Assembly: GCA_963825135.1 (NCBI GenBank)
Contig: CAWGRW010000009.1
Coordinates: forward strand, 928,001 to 992,000
DNA length: 64,000 nt
Direction of reading: 5' to 3'
Origin: an uncultured bacterium
Lineage (GTDB): Bacteria > Desulfobacterota_D > UBA1144 > Nemesobacterales > UBA2774
Below are positions 19,126-29,333 of the stretch, piece after piece. How positions within the stretch are numbered: position 1 is the stretch's first letter; each line of letters begins with the position of its first letter. The notes below the pieces were generated by a model. It had not been told where the DNA came from, did not search any database, and was given only the letters and a program-made list of their open reading frames with translations. The position numbers and the translations under genes are program-made.

Positions 19126-20790
19126 TTACATCATACCGCCCATTCCGGGGTGCATGCCGCCCATACCGCCGCCCATTCCGCCTCCACCGCCTCCGCCCGC
19201 ATCTTCCCTGGACTGCGGCTTCTCGGCTATCAGAGCCTCCGTCGTAAGGAGCAGCCCCGCTACGCTGGCCGCATTCTGCATCGCGGTCCTCGTTACCTTC
19301 GCAGGGTCCACTATGCCCGCCTCTATCATATCGCAGTACTCGAGCTTGGCTGCGTCAAACCCGTTTGACCCCTTCTCCTCGCTCACCTTCCCCACCACTA
19401 TCGATCCGTCCCATCCGGCGTTCGTCGCTATCCCTCTCAAAGGCTCCTCGAGCGTTCTCCTCACTATGCTCACTCCGGCCTTCTCCTCGTCGTCGGCCCC
19501 ATGGAACCCGTCCACCGACTTTATAGCCCTTATCAGCGCAACTCCGCCCCCGGGCACTATTCCCTCTTCTACCGCTGCCCTCGTGGCGTTAAGAGCGTCC
19601 TCCACTCTGGCCTTCTTCTCCTTCATCTCGGCCTCGGTCGCTGCCCCTACGCGTATCACCGCGACTCCCCCGGCGAGCTTGGCAAGCCTTTCCTGGAGCT
19701 TCTCCCTGTCGTACTCCCCGCTAGCCTCGTCCACCTGCGCCTTTATCTGTCTTATCCTCCCCTCTATCTCCCCCTTCTTCCCCGCTCCGCCTATTATCGT
19801 CGTATTGTCCTTGTCTATTATTATCTTCTTTGCCCTTCCAAGGTCCTGGAGCTTCGTGTTCTCGAGCTTCATACCCGCTTCCTCGGCCACTACCTTGCCC
19901 CCCGTCAGCACCGCTATGTCTTCCAGCATCGACTTACGCCTGTCCCCGAACCCAGGCGCCTTTACGGCCGCAGCCTTCAGCGTCCCCCTCAGCTTATTCA
20001 CCACCAGCGTGGCCAGCGCCTCCCCCTCTATATCCTCCGCCATTACCAGCAGCGGCTTCGTGCTCCTTGCCACCTCTTCGAGCAACGGCACCATGTCCTT
20101 CATATTCGATATCTTCTTGTCAAACATTAGTATTACCGGGTCTTCGAGCTCTATATGCATCTTCTCCGGGTCCGTTATGAAGTACGGGCTCAGGTACCCC
20201 CTGTCAAACTGCATACCCTCCACCACGTCGAGCTCCGTCTCCAAGCTCTTCCCCTCTTCCACCGTTATTACTCCGTCCTTCCCTACCTTCTCCATAGCGT
20301 CCGCTATGATGTTCCCTATCGTCGAGTCTCCGTTCGCGGATATCGTAGCCACCTGCGCTATCTCCGTGCGGCCCTTTACCTGCTTACTCTGCTTCTTTAT
20401 GCTCTCCACAACCACTTCCACCGCCTTGTCTATGCCTCTCTTGAACTTCATCGGGTCGTGCCCCGCCGCTACGAGCTTTATCCCTTCACGGAATATCGCC
20501 TGCGCCAGTATCGTCGCGGTCGTTGTCCCGTCTCCGGCTACGTCGCTCGTTCGGGACGCCACTTCCTTCACCATCTGCGCCCCCATGTTCTCGAACTTGT
20601 CCTCGAGCTCTATCTCCTTCGCCACCGTGACTCCGTCCTTCGTCACTACAGGCGCCCCGTATGTCTTCTCTATCAACACGTTCCGGCCCCTCGGCCCCAG
20701 CGTCGCCTTTACCGCGTTCGCCAAGGTGTTCACTCCCTTCAGTATCGCGTCCTGTGCCGCCCTATCAAATTTTATTTCCTTCGCTGCCAT
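19126..20790 (-). CDS. groEL: chaperonin GroEL
   Basis: [30 protein letters not shown]-repeat tail. Confidence 0.99.
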   Translation of the reverse strand: MAAKEIKFDRAAQDAILKGVNTLANAVKATLGPRGRNVLIEKTYGAPVVTKDGVTVAKEIELEDKFENMGAQMVKEVASRTSDVAGDGTTTATILAQAIFREGIKLVAAGHDPMKFKRGIDKAVEVVVESIKKQSKQVKGRTEIAQVATISANGDSTIGNIIADAMEKVGKDGVITVEEGKSLETELDVVEGMQFDRGYLSPYFITDPEKMHIELEDPVILMFDKKISNMKDMVPLLEEVARSTKPLLVMAEDIEGEALATLVVNKLRGTLKAAAVKAPGFGDRRKSMLEDIAVLTGGKVVAEEAGMKLENTKLQDLGRAKKIIIDKDNTTIIGGAGKKGEIEGRIRQIKAQVDEASGEYDREKLQERLAKLAGGVAVIRVGAATEAEMKEKKARVEDALNATRAAVEEGIVPGGGVALIRAIKSVDGFHGADDEEKAGVSIVRRTLEEPLRGIATNAGWDGSIVVGKVSEEKGSNGFDAAKLEYCDMIEAGIVDPAKVTRTAMQNAASVAGLLLTTEALIAEKPQSREDAGGGGGGGMGGGMGGMHPGMGGMM

Positions 20791-20817
20791 TGCTTGTGTG
20801 ACCTCCGGTTTATTTTA

Positions 20818-21105
20818 TTATTCGATTATTGCAAAAATTTCACTTTCGTCGATGATGATGTAATCATCTCCCTTAAAACTTATCTCCGTGCCGCCGTATC
20901 TTCCGAAAAGCACCCTGTCGCCCTTTTTAACGTCGAGTGCCCTCGTGGAGCCGTTTTCGAGCACCTTGCCTTTGCCCACAGCAACCACCGCTCCCTCCTG
21001 TGGTTTTTCGGTCGCGTTATCGGGAATTATTATGCCTCCTTTGGTTTTTTCAGGCGCATCGACTCTTTTTACTAAAACCTTATCGTTAAGCGGTTTTACT
21101 CCCAT
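20818..21105 (-). CDS. groES: co-chaperonin GroES
   Basis: KPLNDKVLV, TKGGIIIPD, AVGKG; upstream of groEL. Confidence 0.98.
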   Translation of the reverse strand: MGVKPLNDKVLVKRVDAPEKTKGGIIIPDNATEKPQEGAVVAVGKGKVLENGSTRALDVKKGDRVLFGRYGGTEISFKGDDYIIIDESEIFAIIE

Positions 21106-21311
21106 AAAATCTAACCTCCTGCTGGATATTTGTATAAAAGGGTATTGAAAATGTTGCAGAGAAAACTATCTATAAAATATGCATCAATTTCGCGGTGTCA
21201 AGGGTCAAGACCGAAAATGATATAAACGTGTATTATGTGTCCGCGCAAGCAATAATCTAATAATTCCAGGTTATTGAGACGAGTAATGGCCGGTCCGGAT
21301 GAAAGCGCCCG

Positions 21312-21674
21312 TCACATATCGGCTTCGAAAGCGTTTTTAATGGTCCTGCTCGTGTTGCTCGAGAGATCGACGGAGACCACATCAAACCGCATTGCCCGGG
21401 ATTTAAGCCCTTTCGATTCTATGTAACTGAAAGCCGCAGCCTGAATCTTCTTCTGTTTTCGGCCTGTTACGGCTTCTTCGGGGAGTCCGAAGCTGAAGGA
21501 CGACTTTGCTTTTACCTCGATGAAGCAGAGTACCTTATCCCTGTCTTCGGCTATGAGATCGATCTCACCCTGCCTGCACCTGTAATTCTTCTCGATAATT
21601 TTATACCTATCCTTTTTAAGCGCCTTGCAGGCTATATCCTCGCCCCTTTGTCCGAGAGATTTGCTGTCCGCCAT
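21312..21674 (-). CDS. yraN: YraN family endonuclease-like protein
   Basis: GQRGEDIA, NYRCRQGEIDLIA, FIEVK, RFDVV. Confidence 0.9.
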   Translation of the reverse strand: MADSKSLGQRGEDIACKALKKDRYKIIEKNYRCRQGEIDLIAEDRDKVLCFIEVKAKSSFSFGLPEEAVTGRKQKKIQAAAFSYIESKGLKSRAMRFDVVSVDLSSNTSRTIKNAFEADM

Positions 21675-21706
21675 GGCTACATGTAACGAAGATTACCCTT
21701 TATCAT

Positions 21707-24310
21707 TTAACTATCCCGGTCGTTCTCAAGCCTGCTTTTGAGCTCGGCGAGCTTTGCCAAAGCGTCGAGCGGCGTCATGGAGTTCGTATCGAGGGTCCTG
21801 ATTTCCTCGATTACCGGATTCTCCGCCGCCGTTTCCCCGACACCCTCGCCCCCGAACAGGGATATCTGCCCGCCGATTATGGAGCTCCTCAGCCCCGACT
21901 GCATTTTCTCCAGCTTTGACAAGACTTTCTGCGCATTCCTTATGACCGCGTCGGGCACCCCCGCTAACCTGGCCACCTGTATGCCGTAGCTGTGGCTCGC
22001 TGCCCCGGGAATAAGCTTTCTGAGGAAAACTATCCTCTCTCCGCTCTCCTTTACGTAAATATTGTAGTTCCTTATCCTTCGCCTGGACATCGCGAGATCG
22101 GCGAGCTCATGGTAGTGGGTGGCGAAGAGGGTCAACGCTCCCCTGTCGTGCAGGTGCTCGGCAACAGCCCAGGCTATGCTCATTCCGTCGAATGTACTCG
22201 TCCCCCTGCCGATCTCGTCCAGTACGACGAGGCTCCGGCTGGTGGCGTGCCTCAGTATGTATGCGGTCTCGACCATCTCCACCATGAACGTCGATTGCCC
22301 TTTCGCAAGATTATCCGAGGCCCCGACCCTCGTGAATATCCTGTCAGTGATCCCGATCCTCGCGTGTGTCGAGGGGACGAAGCTCCCCATCTGGGCCATT
22401 ATTACAGAGAGAGCGACCTGCCTAATGAGGGTCGATTTACCGGCCATGTTGGGGCCGGTGATTAACAGGAACTGGTTTTCATCCGTATCGAGCCTGATGT
22501 CGTTCGGGACGAAACGCTCCCCCAAATCCATCCTCTCCACGACCGGGTGCCTGTTGTTTTTTAGCTCTATGATCCCGGATTCGGCCATCTGGGGTCTGAC
22601 ATAGGAGTATTTCTCGGCAGTCTCGGAAAGCGAGCACAACACGTCAAGCTCCGCTATGAGGGACGAGCTGAGCCTTATTCTTTCCGATTCATGCGCCACC
22701 TTTTTTCTGAGCTCCTCAAAAAGCTCCTTCTCAATTTCGAGTATCCTTTCCTCCGCCCCAAGAATCTTTTCCTCGTACTCCTTAAGCTCCTCGGTTATGT
22801 ACCTCTCGGCGTTCGCGAGAGTCTGCCTTCTTATGTACCTTTCGGGAACGAGAGAGAGGTTCGACTTGGAAACCTCTATGTAATAACCGAACACCCTGTT
22901 GTAGCTCACTTTGAGCGAGTTAATTCCGGCGGCGCTTCTCTCCCTCGCCTCGAGCTCGACGATCCACTTCTTCCCGTCCCGCCTGAGCGATCTGAGCTCG
23001 TCGAGCTCGCCGCTCACCCCTTCCCTTATCATTCCCCCGTCCCGCGCCGATAACGGGGGAGCATCTACGAGCGTCCTCTCGAGAATCCCCCTGAGATCGC
23101 TCAGATCATCCAGATTATCCGCTACATTCTTCAATATCTCCGAGCCCGCGCCATGTAGCGGGGTTTTTATCTTCTTTATGTATAAAGAGGAGTCACGGAG
23201 CGCTCCCAGGTCCCTCGGCCTCGCGGACGAAGTCGCTATCCTTCCTATGAGCCTTTCGATATCGCTTATCTCTTTAAGCGCGCTCCTTACCTCAGCCCTT
23301 ATACCCGCCCTCCTCTTTAGCTCCTCCACCGCGTCGAGCCTCTCCCCTATCTTGCCCGTATCCAGGAGCGGGCAGTTTATCCACCGCTTGAGAAGCCTCC
23401 CGCCCATGGCGGTCATCGTTTCATCCAGCACCCCTAGGAGAGACCCGTCCGTATCGCCTCCCGCCGACTTCAGGAGCTCAAGATTTTTCTTTGACGAATC
23501 GTCTATAACCAGATATTCCGATTTTTCGTAGAACTCAGGCTCATCGAGCGGAGGCATGTCCTCCATCTGGGTGTCGCGCAGGTACTGAATGAGCGCGCCT
23601 GACGCGGTTATCGCCTCGGGCTTATCCTCAAGGCCGTACGGTTCGAGTGTCTTTGCGCCCAGGTGCCCGAGAAGGAGTTCCCTCGCGCGGTCGGGGTCCC
23701 AAATCCAGGAATCGAGAAGCGTAACGAGGGGGTTCGACGATCTGCCGAGCGAGCCGCCGATCGCATTGTTCCCGTCGGATACCTCCTGAAGGAGTATCTC
23801 TTTCGGCTCAATCTGATATATCTCGTTCATAAGGTCGTCGATAGTATTAAAAACAGTAGTTCTGAATAGTCCCGTCGAGATATCCGTATAAGCGAGCCCG
23901 TAAGAGCCGTTCCCCACATAAACGCTCGCGAGATAATTATTCGACTTGGAATCGAGGTTCTCGGAATCGAGCACGGCCCCCGGAGTCAGCACCCTGACGA
24001 CCTTCCGCTTTACCACACCCTTGGCGGATTTGGGGTCCTCGATCTGCTCGCATATCGCGACCTTGTGCCCGCACTTTAAGAGCTTCACCAGATACGGCTC
24101 GGCGCTGTGATGAGGGACTCCGCAGAGGGGAACAGGGTTCTTGTCCGATTTGCTTCTCGACGTGAGCGCAATGCCTAAAATCTTGGACGCGACCTTCGCG
24201 TCTTCATAAAACATCTCGTAAAAGTCCCCGAGCCTGAAAAAAAGAATGGAGTCCGGGTACTCCTTCTTCATCGTCAGGTACTGCTTAAGCATCGGGGTTT
24301 CCGGGGGCAT
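21707..24310 (-). CDS. mutS: DNA mismatch repair protein MutS
   Basis: TPMLKQY, FRLGDFYEMF, GPNMAGKST, STFMVEM, DEIGRGTST, ATHYHEL. Confidence 0.98.
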   Translation of the reverse strand: MPPETPMLKQYLTMKKEYPDSILFFRLGDFYEMFYEDAKVASKILGIALTSRSKSDKNPVPLCGVPHHSAEPYLVKLLKCGHKVAICEQIEDPKSAKGVVKRKVVRVLTPGAVLDSENLDSKSNNYLASVYVGNGSYGLAYTDISTGLFRTTVFNTIDDLMNEIYQIEPKEILLQEVSDGNNAIGGSLGRSSNPLVTLLDSWIWDPDRARELLLGHLGAKTLEPYGLEDKPEAITASGALIQYLRDTQMEDMPPLDEPEFYEKSEYLVIDDSSKKNLELLKSAGGDTDGSLLGVLDETMTAMGGRLLKRWINCPLLDTGKIGERLDAVEELKRRAGIRAEVRSALKEISDIERLIGRIATSSARPRDLGALRDSSLYIKKIKTPLHGAGSEILKNVADNLDDLSDLRGILERTLVDAPPLSARDGGMIREGVSGELDELRSLRRDGKKWIVELEARERSAAGINSLKVSYNRVFGYYIEVSKSNLSLVPERYIRRQTLANAERYITEELKEYEEKILGAEERILEIEKELFEELRKKVAHESERIRLSSSLIAELDVLCSLSETAEKYSYVRPQMAESGIIELKNNRHPVVERMDLGERFVPNDIRLDTDENQFLLITGPNMAGKSTLIRQVALSVIMAQMGSFVPSTHARIGITDRIFTRVGASDNLAKGQSTFMVEMVETAYILRHATSRSLVVLDEIGRGTSTFDGMSIAWAVAEHLHDRGALTLFATHYHELADLAMSRRRIRNYNIYVKESGERIVFLRKLIPGAASHSYGIQVARLAGVPDAVIRNAQKVLSKLEKMQSGLRSSIIGGQISLFGGEGVGETAAENPVIEEIRTLDTNSMTPLDALAKLAELKSRLENDRDS

Positions 24311-24529
24311 GAGTAGATTATATCGACTGGCCGGCTAACTCTCAATTTATACCTGATCTTCTTGATGTGCCTGTTGAGACGTAATAGAATAATGCCGGAG
24401 TCGGCCGCCCGTCCTTGCCTCATACGGGCGCCGGTGATAGATTAATTCCTTTTATTAAGAAGCCCGGGCATTCGGCTCCGGACTCCTTAACGGTTAGTTG
24501 CCCAAATTACGGTTCCCAAGGGGAGCGAA

Positions 24530-25618
24530 TTGATAAAACCCAATCCTTTTGTAAGGGACTTGATACCCTATGTTCCCGGAAAGCCCGTCGAGGAGCTCGA
24601 ACGGGAACTCGGAATCACGGGCGCGATAAAGATAGCGTCAAACGAAAACCCGGTCGGCCCGTCTCCCCTTGCCCTAAAGGCAGCAGAGGAGGCCTTGAGC
24701 AACATCCACCGCTATCCGGACGGGGACGCTTTTTACCTCAAACACAAACTTTCCGACGCACTGGGCATAAATCCCGAGAACCTCATATTCGGGAACGGCT
24801 CGAACGACGTGCTCGACATAGCGGCCAGGACGTTCCTGTCCCCCGGGGACGAAGCCGTCATGGGCGAGTTCGCGTTCATCGTGTATCCGATCGTTACCAA
24901 GGCCGTCGGCGCGAAGGCCGTAATCTCTCCCATGCCCGGCTACACCCATAACCTGAAGGACATGTACTCCCGCATCACGCCCAGGACCAGGGCCGTATTC
25001 ATCGCGAATCCCAACAACCCCACAGGCTCCATGGTAAAGAGGGACGAGCTCGAATGGTTTCTGGATAAGGTTCATGAGGACGTGCTCGTAGTCATAGACG
25101 AAGCCTACTTCGAGTACGTCGAGGACCCGGAATACCCCGATTCCCTGACATATCATAATACGGGGAAATCCATATTCACGGTGAGAACGTTTTCCAAAAT
25201 ATACGGTCTTGCGGGCCTCAGGCTCGGCTACGGTATCGCGTATAAGGATATGGTATCGGCCATGCAGAGGGCGAGGCACCCGTTCAATACGAGCTCCGTC
25301 GCCCAGGCGGCGGCAAAAGCCGCGCTCGACGACCACGAGCACGTGAAAAGATCGAGGGACGTAAACAGGGAGGGGCTCGGGTATTTAACAGGCGAGCTCG
25401 GCAGGCTCGGTATTCCCCATACGCCCACTTATACTAATTTCATACTTATTGACCTCGGACAAGACCCCATGCCGCTCTACAACGCACTTCTGAGGGAAGG
25501 GGTTATAGTGAGGCCCGTCGGGGGTTACGGTCTGAAAACGCACCTCCGCGTAACGATCGGGCTTCCGGAAGAGAACGAGAGGTTTGTGAGAGCGATGAAG
25601 AAGGTCACCGGCAAATGA
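24530..25618 (+). CDS. hisC: histidinol-phosphate aminotransferase
   Basis: YVPGKP, KIASNENP, ANPNNPTG, RTFSKIYGLAGLRLGY. Confidence 0.94.
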   Translation: MIKPNPFVRDLIPYVPGKPVEELERELGITGAIKIASNENPVGPSPLALKAAEEALSNIHRYPDGDAFYLKHKLSDALGINPENLIFGNGSNDVLDIAARTFLSPGDEAVMGEFAFIVYPIVTKAVGAKAVISPMPGYTHNLKDMYSRITPRTRAVFIANPNNPTGSMVKRDELEWFLDKVHEDVLVVIDEAYFEYVEDPEYPDSLTYHNTGKSIFTVRTFSKIYGLAGLRLGYGIAYKDMVSAMQRARHPFNTSSVAQAAAKAALDDHEHVKRSRDVNREGLGYLTGELGRLGIPHTPTYTNFILIDLGQDPMPLYNALLREGVIVRPVGGYGLKTHLRVTIGLPEENERFVRAMKKVTGK

Positions 25619-26482
25619 AGGATAGAAAATTCGGGAAGGTCGCTATCGTCGGCCTCGGGCTCATTGGCGGCTCGCTTGCCTGGTCTCTCAAAAAGTCAGG
25701 CAGAATCGAGAACGTCACGGGCATAGATGCCGATGTGGATTCCATCGATTTCGCGATCTCTAAGAATATAATCGACGAAGGGCATACCGACCTCCGTAAG
25801 GGGGTTTCCGGGGCTGAAATAGTCGTGATTGCGACCCATGTCGGAGAAATCATAAAAACCGCGAGGGAGATTATACCCTGCTCAGCGAAGGGGGCGGTAA
25901 TCACCGATGTCGGGAGCGTTAAGGGAAAAATCGTAAGGGATATTGAGAAGCTACTCCCCGCTCGTGTTCATTTCGTAGGAGGTCATCCGATAGCAGGCAC
26001 CGAAAACTCCGGAGTTAGGGCGGGAGACCCGGACCTCTTTAAGGGTAAGAGGTTTATCATTACCCCCACCTCTAAAACCGATCCCAAAGCAATCAAGAAG
26101 GTCGCCTCGTTGTGGGAGGTTGCGGGCTCGGACGTCTACGAGATGGACCCCCAGGCGCACGACCGCATTTTCGGCTTCGTGAGCCACCTCCCGCATATAG
26201 TCGCCTATTCTCTGGTAGACACCGTGCTCTCCGCCCCTGATTCGGAAACCCTCCTCGACTTTGCCGGGGGGGGGGTTACGGGATTTCACCAGGGTCGCAG
26301 CAAGCTCGCCCGCGATGTGGTCCGATATATTTTCTGCAAACAGGGTGAATACGCTTAAAGCGCTGAGGAAATTCAGGAAATCCCTACAGAAGCTGGAGGC
26401 CGCAATCGAGAGCGGGGATTCGGAGCAGCTCAGGAAACTCCTCTCGAGGAGCTCACGCGCAAGGCGCAGGGACTTTAAGTAA
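25615..26482 (+). pseudogene. tyrA: prephenate/arogenate dehydrogenase, +1 frameshift at a G10 run
   Basis: GLGLIGGS, DVGSVK, GGHPIAG, SHLPH in the first ORF; the GGGLRDFTRVA..MWSDIF end lies in another frame. G10 at 26266-26275; G9 restores FAGGGLRDFTR. May be an assembly error. Confidence 0.85.
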
Positions 26483-26489
26483 ACCCCGG

Positions 26490-26981
26490 TCAGTTAGAGG
26501 GGCCTCCAAGCCCCAGTTTCCGGATTATATCGTCGGCGATCGATTCCGGGTCCCGGGAAATATCCTCGGTGAGTATATTTTCGGGCTCCTCGAGCGCACT
26601 CAACTGGCTTTCAAGGATTTGCGCTCCCGCGAAATGACCCTTTCTCTGCCCTAACCTTCCCTTTATTAATTCCATGCTGCCCGCGAGATAGACAAACCGT
26701 ATATCGGAGCCGCCCTCCCCGAGCATATCCCTGTATGCCTGCTTAAGCGCGGAGCATGCAATTACGGCGGGCGCACTCAGCCCCTCTATCAAGCTGCGTA
26801 TCGCCCCGAGCCAGGGCAGCCTGTCGTCATCCGTTAGCGGTATGCCTTTATTTATCTTCTCTATATTTTCTTTCGAGTGAAAATCGTCGGCGTCGTAGAA
26901 ACTCCATCCGAGCTTACGCGCAAGCAGCTCTCCGATAGTGGTCTTCCCCGCCCCGGCGACGCCCATAATTATGAGAACCAT
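26490..26981 (-). CDS. gntK: gluconokinase (GntK/IdnK type)
   Basis: MGVAGAGKTT, DADDFH, GIPLTDDDRLPWL, ACSALKQAYR, SQLSALEEP. Confidence 0.9.
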   Translation of the reverse strand: MVLIIMGVAGAGKTTIGELLARKLGWSFYDADDFHSKENIEKINKGIPLTDDDRLPWLGAIRSLIEGLSAPAVIACSALKQAYRDMLGEGGSDIRFVYLAGSMELIKGRLGQRKGHFAGAQILESQLSALEEPENILTEDISRDPESIADDIIRKLGLGGPSN

Positions 26982-27130
26982 GCGTCCCGGAATATAACAA
27001 GATGATACATAGGTTCTAGCATAAGCGCGTTCCGGCGTCTGTTTCGATTATTTTTCAACGCCCGGAAAGAATTATACAATTAGAATCCGACTCTCAAACT
27101 ACTTCCTCCAGACAGGCCGATCCAACCGAC

Positions 27131-27199
27131 TCAGCATCTACAGGCGGTGACGAAAAGAGCAACGGATAGCATGAAAATCAAGGCAGCATACGTACGCAT
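27131..27199 (-). CDS. putative 22-aa micro-lipoprotein MRTYAALIFMLSVALFVTACRC
   Basis: Below ORF-track cutoff. RBS GAGGAGGG just upstream, TATAAT at 27246-27241, signal peptide with lipobox VTA-C. Confidence 0.5.
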   Translation of the reverse strand: MRTYAALIFMLSVALFVTACRC

Positions 27200-27316
27200 A
27201 TTCCCTCCTCGCAGCAAACGGATTTATAAGGCTATATGAAATTATAATCGTATTATTGCATTTTGGAACCTGAGTTTGTCCGGCAAATTATCAGGCAGGC
27301 ACGGGCGGATTATTCT

Positions 27317-27919
27317 CTAACAGCGTCCCGAATGTATGTCGAGAGCGGACGCAAGGCCCTCTCTTATCGGCTCTATCTCCGTTTTGTAAAACTCCAGATC
27401 CTTGTCATAATCGATCGGGTCCCGCTGCCATGAGGAGAACCGTTCGAATATGAATTTGAGGTTAGAGGCAACGTCCGGGGAATCAAAAACCCAGCCGAAA
27501 TCCTCTTTAAGCGGGAAAAACAACCTGAAAAAGAAGATCTTGCGGGTCAGGTGGTCCTCCAGAATTTCAAAATCATCGATCTCGAGATTTATAAGGTCAA
27601 ACCACCCGGTCCTCACCCAGCTATATCCCCCGCCGAAAGCCTTGGCGAGCTCCGCCGTCAGGCCGAGCCTCTCACCGGCTTCCTTCACCAATTCCGTAAA
27701 TACGTAGGCGGCTTCCCTGGTGAGGTAATCGTGCTCGTGTATCTTTTTCTCCATCCCGATCAGGTTGCGGATGAGCTGGGGCTCCCGTTCGACGTACCGG
27801 ACGAGATCGAATTTGCCTATATCTCCGCAAAATTCAAGCGATACGGATATGTTTTCCCATTCTCTTTTGGCAATCTGAAATACTGATCTTATCTCCATGT
27901 CAAACAATTTGCTCCGCAA
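27317..27919 (-). CDS. hypothetical protein
   Basis: 200-aa ORF filling an intergenic gap; no recognised motif; start may be ATG 27898. Confidence 0.65.
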   Translation of the reverse strand: MRSKLFDMEIRSVFQIAKREWENISVSLEFCGDIGKFDLVRYVEREPQLIRNLIGMEKKIHEHDYLTREAAYVFTELVKEAGERLGLTAELAKAFGGGYSWVRTGWFDLINLEIDDFEILEDHLTRKIFFFRLFFPLKEDFGWVFDSPDVASNLKFIFERFSSWQRDPIDYDKDLEFYKTEIEPIREGLASALDIHSGRC

Positions 27920-28200
27920 GTCGCACAGTTTATTTGAACAAGCCGAGACACAATCGTCCGACCCTTCACGAACACTCCCAGACGATAGTTCATAAGGATT
28001 AAGAATAGATGAACCGCCTGTTAATCTCCGGTTAACCCTACTCCGCGCCCTATACCTGCCAGCGATATCCCAAACGACAGAAGACCCTCACCCCGCTCAC
28101 GGGCAGGCCCTGACCCTGGCGCCGGGTTAGGGTAAAATTGTTCAACCTGCCGATCCGGTATTAAAATATATTATCAACAATTCAGTAATCATAGGAGACC

Positions 28201-28240
28201 GTTAACTAGGGTTTAATCTTCTCTTAACATATTCTTCATA
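28201..28240 (+). promoter_or_regulatory. Pho-box-like array of four direct repeats
   Basis: TTAAC (28202), TTAAT (28213), TTAAC (28224), TTCAT (28235) at exact 11-bp spacing, upstream of pstS. Confidence 0.75.
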
Positions 28241-28291
28241 ATCCTCGGTTTTAATGCTTGCCAGTTAAAACTCTTAAGGAGGTATTACAAA

Positions 28292-29290
28292 ATGATTAGA
28301 GGAGAGTTTCTCAAAAGCAGCTTGATTGCCGGCTTTACAGCATTCGTATTAGCGCTTGCCGTAAACATCACCATGGCGGCCGAGACCGCTCAGGTCGATC
28401 CGGCCATCCCGACGTATACAAAGACGAGCGGGGTTTCCGGGAACATCAACAGCATAGGCTCTGACACCATGAATAACCTCATGACCCTCTGGTGCGAGGG
28501 GTTCACAAAGAGTTACCCGAACGTTAAGTGCCAGATCGAGGGTAAGGGTTCAAGCACAGCCCCACCGGCGCTAATCGAGGGGACGGCACAGTTCGGCCCC
28601 ATGTCGCGTTCTATGAAGGATAAAGAAATAGATGATTTCGAAAAGAAGTTCGGTTACAAGCCGACCGAAGTAAAAACCTCGATCGACACGCTCGCTGTTT
28701 TCGTGAGCAAAGACAACCCGATCGATTGTTTGACCATGGAGCAGGTAGATGCAATCTTCTCGAAGAACAGGGCCTGCGGCGGGGCTCAGGACATTACGAC
28801 CTGGGGTCAGCTCGGATTAACCGGAGAATGGGCGAATGTGCCGATAAGTATGTACGGCAGAAACTCGGCCTCCGGCACCTACGGATATTTCAAGGAGCAT
28901 ACGCTTTGCAAGGGCGACTACAAAGACTCCGTTAAGGAACAGCCGGGTTCCGCGTCCGTCGTTCAGGGCGTCACGGAAGACAAAGGCGCCATCGGATACA
29001 GCGGAATCGGGTATGTGACGTCCGGCGTCAAGCCGCTCAAGCTGGGCAAAAAACCGGGCGAATGTGCAGTGCCGAATCTGGCGAATGTTCTTAACAAAAC
29101 ATATCCCCTCGGCAGATTTCTTTATATCTATGTAAACAAGAAACCGAACGAAGCGCTCGATCCCCTTCGCCTCGAGTTCTTAAAATATGTGCTCAGTCAG
29201 GAGGGGCAGGCAGTCGTAATTAAAGACGGTTATGACCCGCTACCGGGGAACATCGACGCGGAACAGTGGACAGTAATTGGAACTAATTAA
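28292..29290 (+). CDS. pstS: phosphate ABC transporter substrate-binding protein
   Basis: Signal peptide, [24 protein letters not shown]. Confidence 0.94.
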   Translation: MIRGEFLKSSLIAGFTAFVLALAVNITMAAETAQVDPAIPTYTKTSGVSGNINSIGSDTMNNLMTLWCEGFTKSYPNVKCQIEGKGSSTAPPALIEGTAQFGPMSRSMKDKEIDDFEKKFGYKPTEVKTSIDTLAVFVSKDNPIDCLTMEQVDAIFSKNRACGGAQDITTWGQLGLTGEWANVPISMYGRNSASGTYGYFKEHTLCKGDYKDSVKEQPGSASVVQGVTEDKGAIGYSGIGYVTSGVKPLKLGKKPGECAVPNLANVLNKTYPLGRFLYIYVNKKPNEALDPLRLEFLKYVLSQEGQAVVIKDGYDPLPGNIDAEQWTVIGTN

Positions 29291-29333
29291 GATTTAACAG
29301 ATTTAAAATACGGTCTGGTCCGGAAATTTACTC

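Noticed and set aside
19076..20863. 595-aa plus-strand ORF antisense to groEL
   Set aside because: Shadow frame caused by codon bias of a highly conserved gene; no independent motifs.
21106..21311. CIRCE element upstream of groES
   Set aside because: No TTAGCACTC-N9-GAGTGCTAA present.
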